From Felis catus (taxonomy: Eukaryota), in contig NC_058368.1 in assembly GCF_018350175.1 (NCBI RefSeq), positions 142,106,001-142,170,000 on the forward strand: DNA of 64,000 bases, written 5' to 3'. Of the stretch, positions 51,368 through 64,000 are shown piece by piece. The first letter of the stretch is position 1; each line of letters begins with the position of its first letter. The notes under the pieces were generated by a model. That model did no database searches and was not told the DNA's origin. It saw only the letters and a list, made by a program, of their open reading frames with translations. The translations under genes were made by a program, and so were the position numbers.

Positions 51368-52582
51368 GGGGCACCTGGATGGCTCATTCGGTTAAGCATC
51401 CGACTTCCGCTCAGGTCATGATCTCATGGTTCGTGAGTTCGAGCCCACGGTGAGTTCGTGAGTTCGGGCTCTGTGCTGACAGCTCAGAGACTGGAGCCTG
51501 CTTTGGATTCTGTGTCTCCCTCTCTCTCTGCTCCTCCCCCGCTACTGCTCTCTCAAAAATAAATAAACATTTTTAAAAATTTTAATACTAAATAAATACA
51601 TACATAAATGAAAATAAATTTATAGGAGCCTGCTTTGGATTCTGTGTCTCCCTCTCTCTCTGCTCCTCCCCCGCTACTGCTCTCTCAAAAATAAATAAAC
51701 ATTTTTAAAAATTTTAATACTAAATAAATACATACATAAATGAAAATAAATTTATAACTCTTTTTGGGGTGCCTGGGTGGCTCAGTTGGTTGAGCGTCTG
51801 ACTCCTGATTTTGGTGCAGATCATGATCTTACAGTTTGTGAATTCCAGCCCCAAGTTGGGCTGTGTGCTTACAGGGTGGAACCTGCTTGTGATTATCTCC
51901 CTCTCTCTCTGCCCCTCCCCTGCTCGTGTTCTCTCTCTCTCGAAATAAATTTTAAAAAATAAAAATAAAATTCTTTTTTTAAAAAAGGAAAATAATATTT
52001 TCAGCATACCGTTCCAGGTAGAAGTTAAACTACCTAACTTCTTTTGTAGTTTTGTCAACTACCTAACTTCTTTTGTAACATTTGGATTTGCCCCTAAATG
52101 TTGAAATTATTAAGTGTTGTATACTCACATACTCTCTTAGACACCAAAAAGTACTCTCTAGGGGCACCTGGGTGGCTCAGTCAGTTGAATATCCAACTTT
52201 TGCTCAGGTCATGATCTCATGGTTCATGTGGTTGAGCCCTGCATCGAGCTCTGTGCTGACTGCTCAAAGCCTGGAGCCTGTTTCACATTCTGTGTCTCCC
52301 TCTCTCTCTGCCCCTCCCTTGCTCACATGCTGTCTGTCTCTGTCTCTCTCGCAAAAATAAGTAAACATTAAAAAAATAAAACTAAAAATACTCTCTAATT
52401 GGGGTGCCTAGATGGGCCAGTCAGTTAAGCATCTGGCTCTTGACTTCGGCTCAGGTGGTGATCTCATGGTTTGTGAGATTGAGCCCTGTGTCGGGCTCTG
52501 CCCTGGCAGCAAGAAACCTGCTTGGGATTCTCTCTCTCCCTCTGCCCACCCACAATAAATAAATAAGACTTAAAAAAAAAAA
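51368..52582 (+). mobile_element. Four CAN-SINEs (51368, 51766, 52161, 52401)
   Basis: Heads and tails visible; the first carries an internal 132-bp tandem duplication. Confidence 0.92.
51493..51756 (+). repeat. Perfect 2 x 132-bp tandem duplication
   Basis: 51493-51624 is identical base for base to 51625-51756. Confidence 0.95.
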
Positions 52583-53128
52583 CTGTTCTCTGATGATTAA
52601 AGCTCTGAAATTATATTTATAGGCAGAGAGGAATCTGAATTTTTATTAATTCCATTAACAAATGCCTATGGAACTTGTCTTGTGCATGGCACATGCTGGA
52701 GATCATGCAGGACACACACTTGAGGAAAAGCCAGGCCTTGTCCTCAAAGACATTTTAATAACAACAGAGGAGATAATCCTCCACGTGAGTATGTCTACTA
52801 CTATAATACAGGCAGTGATGGTGAAAATATTTAATGTGAATATGTTAAAAGAGACTTAATTTTTCATTTTTTTGAATTATATCATTTAATATCATTTATT
52901 CACATCTCATTGTTGTGTTCAATTATTTTATTAGGGGCCAGGCACTCTTTTAAGTGCCATGCATGTTATCAATTCATTCGATCTTCAGAGAATCGTGTGG
53001 TAGTTATCACTAGCATCCTCATTTCACAGGTGAAAAAATTGAGGAACTGGGCTTGAGACAAGTTACACAGCTAATAAATAGCAGAGCCTGACTTCAACCC
53101 TAGAGCAGACCTCAGAGTCCACACTTCT

Positions 53129-53384
53129 TTTTTTTTTTTTTAAGATTATTTACTTTTTTTTTTTTTTTAATTTTTTAACGTTTATTTACTACTGAGAGAG
53201 AGAGACAGAGACAGAGAGTGAGCAGGAGAGGGGTAGAGAGAGGAGGAGATACAGAAGCCAAAGCAGGCTCCAGGCTCTGAGCCATCAGCACAGAGCCCAA
53301 TGCGGGGCTCGAACTCACAAACCACGAGATCATGACCGGAGCCGAAGTCGGTCTCCCAACCGACTGAGCCACCCAGGCGCCCCC
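53129..53384 (-). mobile_element. CAN-SINE inserted into a MIR (about 52930-53420)
   Basis: TSD AGAGTCCACACTTCT at 53114-53128 and 53385-53399. Confidence 0.93.
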
Positions 53385-54251
53385 AGAGTCCACACTTCTA
53401 ATTCTCTGCTATACCACTTATTCAAATAGTTAATTCTATTTCTTGGCGATTGTGCCATATCAGTATATACAAACATTTTTTCTTTTTTATAGCTGCATAG
53501 CATTATGTTTTATGGCTGTATTATAACTCATTAAACCAGCCCCCTATTGATGAACTTTTGATTTGTTTCTAATCTTTTGCTATTGCAAACTATGCTTCCA
53601 TAAATAATTTGATGTTTATATATTTGTATTATACTGCTACCTGTGAGTCTCTGAAAGGTGAGTCAATAGCTATTACGGGACCCTAAAGTGGCACTGCTCC
53701 CATTATTACATCACCTTTGATAGATAACGGGCAGATTAGTAAGTGTAGTGAGAGGTGAAAACAAATTGCAAACTGTGTAATAAAAGAAATCACATACAAG
53801 ACACTAACATTTGTACTAGATCTTAAAATATGGAAAAGTCAACGTACGCAGGTAAATGAAGTATATATAGACTTCATGGTAGTGAAACAATTGGAGCCAT
53901 TTTTACAGACATTAGAATGACAGAGTAATTCTATATCTTAAGTGAATGTAGAGTTCTGAATGCTTCAAACCAAACAACATTGTTTTGGAGGATAATAGTT
54001 AAACGAAATCATGAAGTAGGCCCTACAAGAGTCAGACGTAAATCTTCATGATACCATTAAAAATTTCCTAAAGCAGTGATGTACACACTAACACATTCAA
54101 ATGTGCTCATGCAGTTGGAGCTACAATGGTTGGTAGAATCACAGATGGAATGATTATAATGGAAGTCAAAAAGCAAAAGGGGATAAAGTAAAACCAAATG
54201 GCCTCCAATCAGGTGGCAAATCACTCACTTTTAAATCTTACAGTTCAGATC

Positions 54252-54880
54252 GGGCGCCTGGGTGGCTCAGCCGGTTAAGCGTCTGTCTTCAACTCAGGTC
54301 ACGATCTCGCGGTCTGTGAGTTCGAGCCCCGCGTCGGGCTATGGGCGGATGGCTCCGAGCCTGGCGCCTGCTTCCGATTCTGTGTCTCCCTCTCTCTCTG
54401 CCCCTCCCCCGTTGATGCCCTGTCTCTCTCTGTCTCAAAAGTAAATAAACGTTAAAAAAATTAAAAAAAAAATAAATTCAGAATTCAACCCAAGGCCCAT
54501 GTTTGAGGAAACTAATGGAAAATCTACTAGAAGTCATTCAAAAGGCACTGGAAAAGAAAACTGTATTTATAACAGAAAATATTTCAAATCACTTTAAAGT
54601 TCAATGTTAACAGAATAGTTATGAGACAAATGGCAATACAACTTGAGGACATATCAGCCATTGAATGTTATAAAAATAAACGCTAATTTTTTTGTTGTTT
54701 TGTTTTAGAGAGCAAGAGTACAAGTGGTGGAGAGGGACAGAGAGAGAGAGAGAGAATCCCAAGCAAGCTCCACACTCAGCACAGAGCCTGATGTGGGGCT
54801 TGATCCCGCAACGCTGGGATCATGACCTGAGCCAAAATCAAGAGCTGGATGCTCAAGCAAGTGAGCTACTCGGGCATTCC
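54252..54880. mobile_element. Young plus-strand CAN-SINE (54252-54476) and older minus-strand CAN-SINE (about 54687-54880)
   Basis: Heads and tails visible. Confidence 0.88.
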
Positions 54881-54889
54881 TACTATTTT

Positions 54890-55450
54890 CTTAACCAAGC
54901 CTCTTTTTGTTGCAAGTAAAACAATACCCATCAAACCAACTTAACAAAAAATAAATGAATAAAATAGGATGTGGAAGAAGAGATTTATTGACAAGGGTTG
55001 CACTGCCCTCAGTGATGAATGGGTATAAGGACTCAAGTGGTACCACTAGGATTTCCTCTTCCATTTCTCAGTTCTGCTTTCTGTCTGTGTTGACTTTATT
55101 CACTTAAACTGTGGGTAAGCGAAGAACATAACTGCAAGGAGCTTCACGGTACATCACAGTTTAGGAACCCACACAAAGTAGAACCTTTCCTCTAGCAAAT
55201 TCTCAGAGGAATTTTCTTGGCCTAACTTGGGGGTCATGTACCTATCACTGACAGTAAGTATTGTGGCTGTGGAGATGAATTATTATGATGGCTTAGGACT
55301 GGGTCAGTTGTTCATACCTTGACAGAAAGAAGGACCCTAGAATCAAATGATTTGGGTAAGGGAGGCAGAGTTCCACAATGGACCAAGTTCTGCTGATACT
55401 ACAAGGGGGAGCAGGGATGCTAGGTAGGCAAAAATAATAAATGTCTATGT
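54890..55450. mobile_element. Old MaLR LTR (MLT1J/K-like)
   Basis: TTGTTGCAAGTAA..AAACCAACTTAA, TTGGCCTAACTTGGGGGTCATGTACC, GGATGCTAGGTAGGCAAAA. Confidence 0.55.
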
Positions 55451-55623
55451 CATACAACAGCAGTAAAAATGTTTATTACAAAATGTTAACTAAACATAGT
55501 AAAATCAAAATTTTATCTATGTTGTGATTACAACTACAGAAAAATTTGAATTCCTGTTTACCTGGAGTAAAAGGAAAGCTCATAAATAAAACAAAAACCA
55601 CTGCCCAAATAAGAACCATTTGA

Positions 55624-55831
55624 CAGTGGTTCTTGACCAGAGGCAATTTTGTATCCCTCTATGCTCACCTCCACCCTGGGACATTTGGCAATGTCTGGAG
55701 ACATTTTTGATTGTCACAAATGGAGAAGTGTTACAAGCATCCAATACTGCTAAACATCCTACAATGCAGCTCCTCACAACAAAGGATTATCTAGCCCAAA
55801 ATATCAATAATGCTGCTATTGAGAAACCCTG
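55624..55831 (+). mobile_element. MER20 (hAT-Charlie MITE)
   Basis: CAGTGGTTCT..GGGACATTTGGCAATGTCTGGAGACATTTTTG..GCTAAACATCCTACAATGCA..TTGAGAAACCCTG. Confidence 0.88.
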
Positions 55832-56278
55832 GCAGAAGTGATTTGTCTTCTTTAAAAAGTGTTGTTGTTGTTTACTCAATAGAAGGAAGGAGAAAATGGA
55901 AGGAAAAGAAAGGTGGTTATAGAGGAGATGACGAAAGAATCAGGGACACAGGATATTGAAAATCAAGACACCTTATCTCTAGTCCCATCTTTCTAATTAA
56001 CTGCTGGTGTGACCTTGGCAAATCACAGACTCTTTGAGTTTGTGGTTTCCTCACTGGTGATATAAGGAATCAAGCTAGTTAACTTGTCTCTGAAGTTTTT
56101 CCAGCTCAAAAAATTCTAACATTTTCTTGGATAGTTAAGGAGACCCAGGAAACAATAATCAAATTTTAATGAGCTGTGTATTCACAGTAGTTTTAAATCC
56201 TGGCATTCCTTGCTTTTATGGACACATCATAGGGTTTCTTCTTTTAATCAGCATTTTTGGTATAAAATGAGTCACACT

Positions 56279-56490
56279 GGGGCACCTGGATGTGTCAGTC
56301 GGTCAAACGTCTGACTCTTGATTTTGGTGCAGGCCATGATCTCATGGTTTTTGATGAAGCCCACATCAGGCTCTGTTCAGGCAGCACGGGGACTGCTTGG
56401 TATACTCTCTCCCTCTCTCTCTGACCCTCCCCCGCTTGTGTGTGCTCTCTCTTTCTCTCAAAATAAATAAATAAACATTTAAAAATACAT
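56279..56490 (+). mobile_element. CAN-SINE
   Basis: Flanking repeat TAAAATGA(G/A)TCACA. Confidence 0.9.
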
Positions 56491-56639
56491 TAAAATGAAT
56501 CACATTGCTAAACTAAAGAATTTAGGCCCAATATTTAGGCTCTTTCCCAGGCACTGGCAACAGAAAGCAGTAATACACAGTCCATTTACCAGTGTTCTTT
56601 TTTTCAAAATTCTAATTTTTTTATTAAGAAAGAACATAT

Positions 56640-57004
56640 AACTCTGGACTCTTCAAAAAATTCTATGGTATGAGTGTAAAGAGGCAAGGGAACCACTTTC
56701 AAATAAAAGAGACTAAAGGGAAAAAAGCCAAATGCAACGTGTGAAATTTGATTGGATCCTGGATTTAAAACAAAAACACCAGCCTAAGCGGTATCTTTGA
56801 GACAATTAGAGAAATGTGAATATGGACTGTATATTAGATGATATTATCAAATTAATGTCACCTTTTCAGGTATCGTAATGGTATTGTGGTTATGTAGGAT
56901 AAAGTCCTTGTTTTTAGGATATGCACACGGGAACATTGATGGGTCAAATGTGATGGTATATGTAACTTACTTTCAAGTGGATCAGTAAAAGCAAGTCTCA
57001 AAAG

Positions 57005-57052
<48 letters not shown>

Positions 57053-57240
57053 CTGTGTGCATGCATATACACAGTAGATACCACATATATACATTATATA
57101 TACATATATATATATATATATATAATGTGGCAAAATGTTAATATTTGGTGAATCCCAGGTAAAGAGTATACATGTATGTATTAACTGTTCTTTCAACTTT
57201 TCTAGAAGTTTTAAAATTTATTGTGAAAACAAAAAGAATA
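56640..57240 (+). mobile_element. Old L1 3'UTR with (CA)n/(TA)n microsatellite at about 57005-57125
   Basis: AAATGCAACGTGTGA..TTGGATCCTGGA, TGAATATGGACTG, GGTATTGTGGTTATGTAGG. Confidence 0.8.
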
Positions 57241-57820
57241 AAGAAAAACCACTATACTTAGAATCCCAAGCTTGTAAAAGCTTTTAAAGTTCTAACAAAC
57301 TTCTTCAATGTACCTAATTGAGAATAGATTGCTGTATGAATTGGAAAGCCTCAAATGACCTGCTTCACCCACATAAACTGCTGATCTGTGGTAGTGCACA
57401 TTATGTTGTGATACCACTAATATCATTGATAAAGGAAATGAGTTATTAACTTATAATCAAACGTGATTATAAAAGAAATTTGATAGTCACGTAAGGCTTT
57501 ATTACCAAGTAAACAAAATAAACTAGAAAGATACACTTACGGCATTTTCCTAGGGAAGGCATTTACCCAATAGTCCCCATTACTTACTTCCATATGCCCA
57601 ACTTGGAAGGGACGAAATTATTTTCCCTCACTTTTCTCAAACTCAAGCATTGAAAATCAATGTAAAACATCTCAAGATATCAAGTACTTTTTTATACTAA
57701 TATAGGATGAGTACTAACGTACACTATATTAGAAAACTTGAACCTTGTACCTGATGTCTACATCATGGAAATGTTAAATCGGTTTTCACGTATAAAACTG
57801 ATTTAGAAATACACCAGGGG

Positions 57821-58036
57821 AGGGGTGCTTGGGTGGCTCAGTCAGTTAAGTGTCTGACTTCAGCTCAGGTCATGATCTCATGGCTGGTGGGTTCGAGCTC
57901 CATGTCGGGCTCTGTGCTGACAACTCAGAGCCTGGAGCCTACTTCAGACTCTATGTCTCCCTCTCTCTCTGCACGTTTCCTGCTCTCTCTTTTTCCCAAA
58001 AAATAAATAAACATTAAAAATTTGGAAAAAAAAAAA
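57821..58036 (+). mobile_element. CAN-SINE
   Basis: Head, body and A tail; flanking AGAAATACA repeat. Confidence 0.9.
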
Positions 58037-61000
58037 GAAATACATTAGGAGCATAGAATACATTATAATTTCAGCACTGTTTATCTTCCAGGTTAGTTAT
58101 GAAGAGAGGAAGGTGAGATACTATGGTCTGCTAAGGCAAATCCATCATCCTATTCAATAGAGGATTTCTTGAAGCCAAAGACATTGAGACTCTGTCCTCT
58201 AGTGTAGCAGCTGGAGCAATAAAGTGCTACAAGTGATAGTCAGACTGCCAGTCACTTTCAGAGAGGGACTTGAACTGCTCTTCCAAGTCATCCAAATAAA
58301 ATGCACAGAGAATTAGTGTTTTATCCTCTAGGGATCAACGGATTTCACTCCGTGCAGAAAGGTAACTACTGACACCTGTACCATCTTTCAAAACTTATGT
58401 GTATCTCTTAGCAAAGGTAGAAGGTGGAATTTATTTTAACATAACTGAGTCCAATATCACTCCCCTATGTGTCCCCACTGAATGATTCTAATAAATCACA
58501 GGATTAAATAAATTATTTTCAACTAACTTAAACGAATTGGAATGTCTCCATTTAGATTATAAATTTCTCAAGGGCAAGGACTGTATCTTACACCTCTTGA
58601 TGTCTCTACCTAGCACAGTGCCCTAGGGAGTCAGTAAATGCTATTGGTGATCATGTTTGCAACCATGATGATGTTGATGATAATTTCTTGCAATAAAAAT
58701 AAAGGAAATTGCTAAATCTATCAGCCCAGTGGAATTTTTGGAAGATAATAAAGTTCTTTATAATTATTTATATTACCTGCATAAGATTCTATTGTTTGAA
58801 GAGTTTAGCGAAGGTTATAAAATTTAATTAACTCAAAGAGAGTGAAGAATACTTGAGAAGATTTTATTTTCCCTTCATAATTGCAATCGATATGATAAAA
58901 TTGTCCTCAAGCAGTCATTCCTGTCACATTAGCATATACGGTTAGTCTGAAGTCCCAAATGATATATTCTCCCGTTGTTCCATGTTTCTTGACTGTTAAG
59001 GTTAATAGAAAGGGCCTGCCTTCATTAGAATAAAATCGTACTAAAAATACAATCTGACCCAATTAGTAAAAGAAGCTTTTGTCTGATATAAGTGATAATT
59101 CCAGTTGTAGGCAGCAGAGGTAGTTGTTTTCACAGAAAACACAAGGTACTAATTGTTCATATTTATATTTCTCTCCTAATCTTGATTTCAAATGTTAAAA
59201 TCTTATAAATTATTGATGTTAAGTATGAACATTCCTTCTCTCTCTCCTTTTTTTTTTCTTTCTTCACCAAGTATGTTTTGCTGTACAGGTCAACATTACC
59301 AATTATTTTTTTGTTTATTCAGTTTTTAACTCTCTAATTGAGGTCTTCAATTACTATGACAAGCATAAATATCCCAGGGTGGGCACTATTCTAATTACAC
59401 CACTATTGAAAATAACTGCCTCTTGTTGCTCTTGTAAGAAGATTTTAAATTAAGTTTAACAAACATTTATTGAATAATCACAACGTACAAAGTACACAAG
59501 AGGTTTAAAGCAAGAGTCTGTGGATAATGAATATAAGATAGTCACCTCTGAACACTATTTAACTCCAAATCTTCTCTGTCTTAGGGCCGTAGTGTCCTGA
59601 GATAAGACACTAGTGTCAACATTTAAATGGACAAGGCCAAACCATGTTGACCTATTTACTACCTTCTTTCTCCCCCACTAATGTTCTTGCTGGAGCAGGT
59701 AGCTCTGCCTAATGCACAATCAGTGGCACTCTGAATGAATTTTTAAACTATTCTTACCTTCAAGATCTCCAACAGTAAAATGAAGATAATCGTATGAACT
59801 TTAGAAAATTATAGTGTCAACAAATGAGATGGAATGTGAAAGTATCTCTACGATGACTGGCACCTATAGATGCTCAATAGTTCTTTTTCTCTTTCTAAAT
59901 GTCTCCCAACAGCACATTTACCAGATTGGAATGTCAACAATTTGGAGCACAAGGGGGTAGGGCAAAGATAAATGATAATGTTAAGCTGATGCCAGCGATA
60001 ATTTTAGCTGCTACCATTAAGATTCTGACTTTGAAGCTTCAATGCCAGATAATTTATTCTATTTGTTTCCTTTTCCCTTGCTTCTCTCACTCCTCAGTCC
60101 CTGCTGTAGTCTGAGAATCCCAACATACCAAGTTTCTTTTCCCACTGAGTGCTCTCCTTTTATAAAGTTTAGCTGTTTAAAAAAGTTGGAGATAAAACAC
60201 AGCAAAGAACACAAACTTGATAAAGGAACAATTTAGATGGGTGCCTTGAGAGCAAACACAGGAATAACAGCAATAGCAATTTAATATATTTCATTTTTCT
60301 GATATGTCGAAAACTGGGCAAGATTCCTAAGAGAAAACAAAGAACTTTAATCACTTTAAGTACGGTAAAAATCGTTTTAAGACATTGCCAAAGAGTCAAA
60401 AGATGTGGTCTTGCCCTACTAAACTAGGTTGTATTTGTTTTATCATATCCATGATGAATTGTAACATTTTTACACGTGATAGCAGATACATAAGTATGTG
60501 CTATCTTCGTATCTTTGAAGCCGTAGGCAAATCAGTAAGAATAGCCCTTTGTTTTGACTATCTTTAAAGAGAGGGAACAAATAAATAATTCAACCAAAAA
60601 CTGGTGTCTGTTACACCGATCACGAGTTCAACTAAAAATAAATACAGGGGACCCTCACTGGCTTAGCCAGAAGAGCATATGACTCTTAATCTTGGGGTCA
60701 GGAGTTTGAGCCCCATGTTGGATATAGAGGTTACTTAAATAAATACATAAAAACTTTAAAAAATAAATATAGAAAAATTTGTGGAATATACAACATGAAA
60801 GGTATATTGGGGCTATATTGGAGAAAACCTATGTCTTGTCATAATTAAAGTAAAAGAATTCTACAAAAATTGAAGTAGCAAGGGTTAATGTAAGTATAAA
60901 CTTTTGGCATATGTTTTTCAAAAACATACTTTCCTGGAATGTTTTTATTCAGTAAATTTTTTTTGTCTAACAAGATAATATTTTACAGTGAAAAACATAT

Positions 61001-61913
61001 GACCTGATTTTATTTTTTCTGCTGAACTCAAGAGAATATAATTAAACCTAACAATTAGTAGAGTTCAGTAATACTAAAATAACTAAATAGCTGAAGTTGT
61101 ATTGATTAGTTATTCACGAAAATGTAATTTTGATGCTAATTTAACATTATTTGGTAAAGGGCTTAATTTCCCGCATAAAAATTATTATTTCCAATTAGAA
61201 AGTCTGACTCCAAATAATTTTGAATTTTCTTATGCAGTAGCAAAAAATTACTTGAAATGGCTGGAGGCAGAAATGGAATTACTCTCTGAGCCCAGCAAAT
61301 CATAACATTTCAATATAGTCTAATGAGTAGAGTGAATCAGTAATGCAGAATCATTGTCAACTATTTCTGCTCTTCTCCCTGGCACTACAGTGAAGCACAG
61401 AGATCGGAATATTGAGCATTTCAGGCAAGAGCCAAGGTAATTTAAATTTTTATTGCTACATTTAGTCCTTGGCTTTAAACAAACCAAAAAAAGAACCCTT
61501 AAAAAAAGTAATTTACTAAATCATGGTACCAATCAAATCATGAACAATCAAAATTGCAATATTTGGCTTTCCTTAGGTTTCCTTTGTGTTGCTAAGTCAT
61601 TAGACAAGTCTGACTGACAAGCAGTATTTTGCAGCAAGGAAATTCAAAATGCTCTCTTGGCAAGGCTAAGGATAGGGGTATGTATGGAGACTGAGTCTAT
61701 CTTCTTATTTTGTAACTAGGATGCCTTTGCTGCATTTCCCTCTTGTTTTACTTGCCCTTGGGATGATTAACATTGGTTCCTAACTCCCAGTCCGCAAGCT
61801 AATTAATTTGGTGAGGTTCCAATAAACCCGCTAGGCAGCTTGGGTCAATGGCCATCAAAAATTCTATGATTCCTTAGAGGAGCCATCAGTGAATCAAAAT
61901 GTTGGTCATCAGG

Positions 61914-61916
<3 letters not shown>

Positions 61917-61962
<46 letters not shown>
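61917..61962. repeat. (AC)23 microsatellite
   Basis: Perfect 46-bp run. Confidence 0.97.
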
Positions 61963-61966
<4 letters not shown>

Positions 61967-63074
61967 ACAGTCCTTTTTAAGCATAGCATAACCTTTGTCT
62001 CCAGTTGAAATCTTTTTTTTAAAACATGTTTTTGGTTTATTAAAAAACTGTATTTATTTAAAAGCAATAAATTCTGTAGAACATAAAACAGGAGTATAAA
62101 TGCATGTGGAGGAGGGTGGGAAGAGGACAGGGAGGAATCATATAGAGATGATTTTAAGCATTGAAAGAACAGTTAGACAAGATAATGTTGGAGTCTACTC
62201 TAGTTTGGGGAATTTAAGATTAATTCTTACCTTAATAAAAATAACCACTATAGTCATCACAATCTCAGAAGAGAAAATTAAATCTGGCTTATGATAAATT
62301 AAATCCAATGAAAACACAAAAGTTTTGTCATTGCTTTCACATTCACTTTTTATTCTGTCCTCTTTCATTTTCAGAAATAAATTCATATGAAGCAAATCTA
62401 TAAAGGAGAGCAGTAGAGTTGAAAATTTCACGGAAAACCAGTAGTTTGACAAGTAAACTCATTGAGTTGAGACAAGTGTGAAACTCATTACAACCTGAAT
62501 TTCTCACATGTCTCAGTTTCTCCTTCCTTTTAAACTTCCTAATAGAAAAAGTTCAATTCGCATTATTGGCAACTCCACTATTTGCCCTCACTTCCATCAA
62601 AAAATAAATAAATTAGAAATACCTCCTTTTCCACATTTATTTTAATCTAGAATGTTGAGGCCTCTCAGGATTTATTTTATGGTTTCTCAAAAGACCAAAT
62701 CTTGGAAATCTCACTCTTAAATCCATGGGGAATATGTCTATTTCTACTTTATTTGGGCAAGTGAATTGAGAGGGAATGGAGTTTGATTTAATACTTGTTA
62801 AATTCTGTAGACTATGCATTAAAACTGTTGGAGAAATAGTAGTAAATACCACAATGAAGTTTTATTTTATTTCATATTGGAAGGTAATGTTGCTGACCAT
62901 TGTATTATTTGTATATTAATGAAACTGGGAAAAATAAATTTTATAATCTCATCAGCCTTTATCAGTGGTATATTTTTCTTTCTCTGATAAAACAGTTTTG
63001 CTAACTTCTTAAGGGCAGAAAAAATGTTTTTTGAAATCATTAAATCGCGAACAAATCACAAATCACAAGTAAAA

Positions 63075-63295
63075 TAATGGTGATTTATTGAGCACCTCTT
63101 TTGTGCCAGGTAATTTATATACATAGCTTTCTGTTATCACCAAACTGCATTTTATTTATGCCTGAGAAATTCAGTGCTTAGGGAGTTTTAGTTACCACTT
63201 TTCCAAGGTCACAGGAATAAAAATTTGCAGGTCCTGGATTCAAAGTCTGGTTTCTGTTACTCCATCCAGAACTCTTACCTACTATGTTATACTCC
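63075..63295 (-). mobile_element. MIR
   Basis: ATTTATTGAGCACCT..TGTGCCAGG..CCAAGGTCACA..GGATTCAAA. Confidence 0.7.
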
Positions 63296-64000
63296 CTACA
63301 AAGCATGATGGGGCAGGGTCTGTTTTGCTTACCAAATTATCTATTTTCTCCCTGTTCCTTATTGTAACAGAAACTCAAATTTTAGCTGAACATGTTGCTC
63401 TGCTGTTGCTTTTCAGTTTCCCTTGCAGCTAACTATGAGCGTGTGACAAAAAAGTATATAAAATATGTAATAGGTGATATGAAAACAGTATTTCATAGAA
63501 CTTCTTCCTCCCCACTCCACCCTTGCTTTACAAAATGTGGGTATGATGCCTGGAACTTTAGCAGCCGTCTTAACTTATCAGATGACCTTGAGGATGGATA
63601 CCAAAGCTGGAGATGGAAGAGCATACCCTAATGTTCCCCAAGTACATCGTGGAGTTGCCACGCCATTTCTGGTCAGATCAAGAAGTAAACTTTCACCTCC
63701 TCGAAGCGAGGTGAATTTAGTCCTAACTCTTAGACATAATACGTCATGCTCACTATCATTTTAGGGAATTAACTTTGATTCCTCCTGACTGACAGTCTCT
63801 CTTTTTCATATATAACTGTATTTTTTAACATAAGTAGGCTGTACACCCAACGTAGGGCCCAAACTCATGACCCAACATCAAGAGTGGCATGCTCTACCAA
63901 CTGAGTCAGCCACGTGCAAACCACCCCCACCCCCAACATACTCTTGTGCTGCTTCTCTAATCTCCTTCTTTTAAAATTTTGCTTAAATTCTAACTAGCCT

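Noticed and set aside
12516..54444. Family of similar short ORFs (MAQSV..SAQVMIS..SLEPASDSVSPSLS) repeated across the window
   Set aside because: These are translations of CAN-SINE bodies, not a protein family or repeat array.
9382..60770. tRNA genes suggested by A-box/B-box motifs (TGGCTCAGTCGG, GAGTTCGAGCC)
   Set aside because: All are tRNA-derived SINE heads followed by SINE body and A tails; none forms a stand-alone tRNA.
58050..63050. Repeat-poor upstream region as a hidden gene or enhancer
   Set aside because: No coherent exon chain, CpG island or recognisable peptide; function cannot be supported without conservation or chromatin data.
1..64000. CRISPR array, prokaryotic defence system or other novel multi-gene system
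   Set aside because: The sequence is mammalian intronic and intergenic DNA. No regularly spaced repeat-spacer array or operon-like ORF cluster is present.

Overview
Mammalian genomic DNA, almost certainly felid (dense CAN-SINE/SINEC and carnivore L1). The only protein-coding gene I can support is the 5' end of AP3B1 (AP-3 complex subunit beta-1) on the minus strand: coding exon 1 at 47647-47520, exon 2 at 11291-11216 and exon 3 at 1741-1667, splicing in frame to [93 protein letters not shown]. The gene continues past the left edge. A CpG-rich promoter lies at about 47.4-48.0 kb, and 48-64 kb is upstream intergenic DNA. Most other recognisable sequence is transposon-derived (about 50 CAN-SINEs, L1, L2, MIR, MaLR/ERV LTRs, hAT and Tigger fossils) or microsatellite. 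None of the supplied ORFs is a credible gene. I see no clearly new biological system. The best leads are a recursive-splice-site/poison-exon-like arrangement in intron 1, two independent L1 3' insertions sharing the same 5' breakpoint, a tandem donor at exon 2, and several retrotransposon rearrangements. Repeat family names and old-repeat boundaries are from eye recognition, not RepeatMasker.
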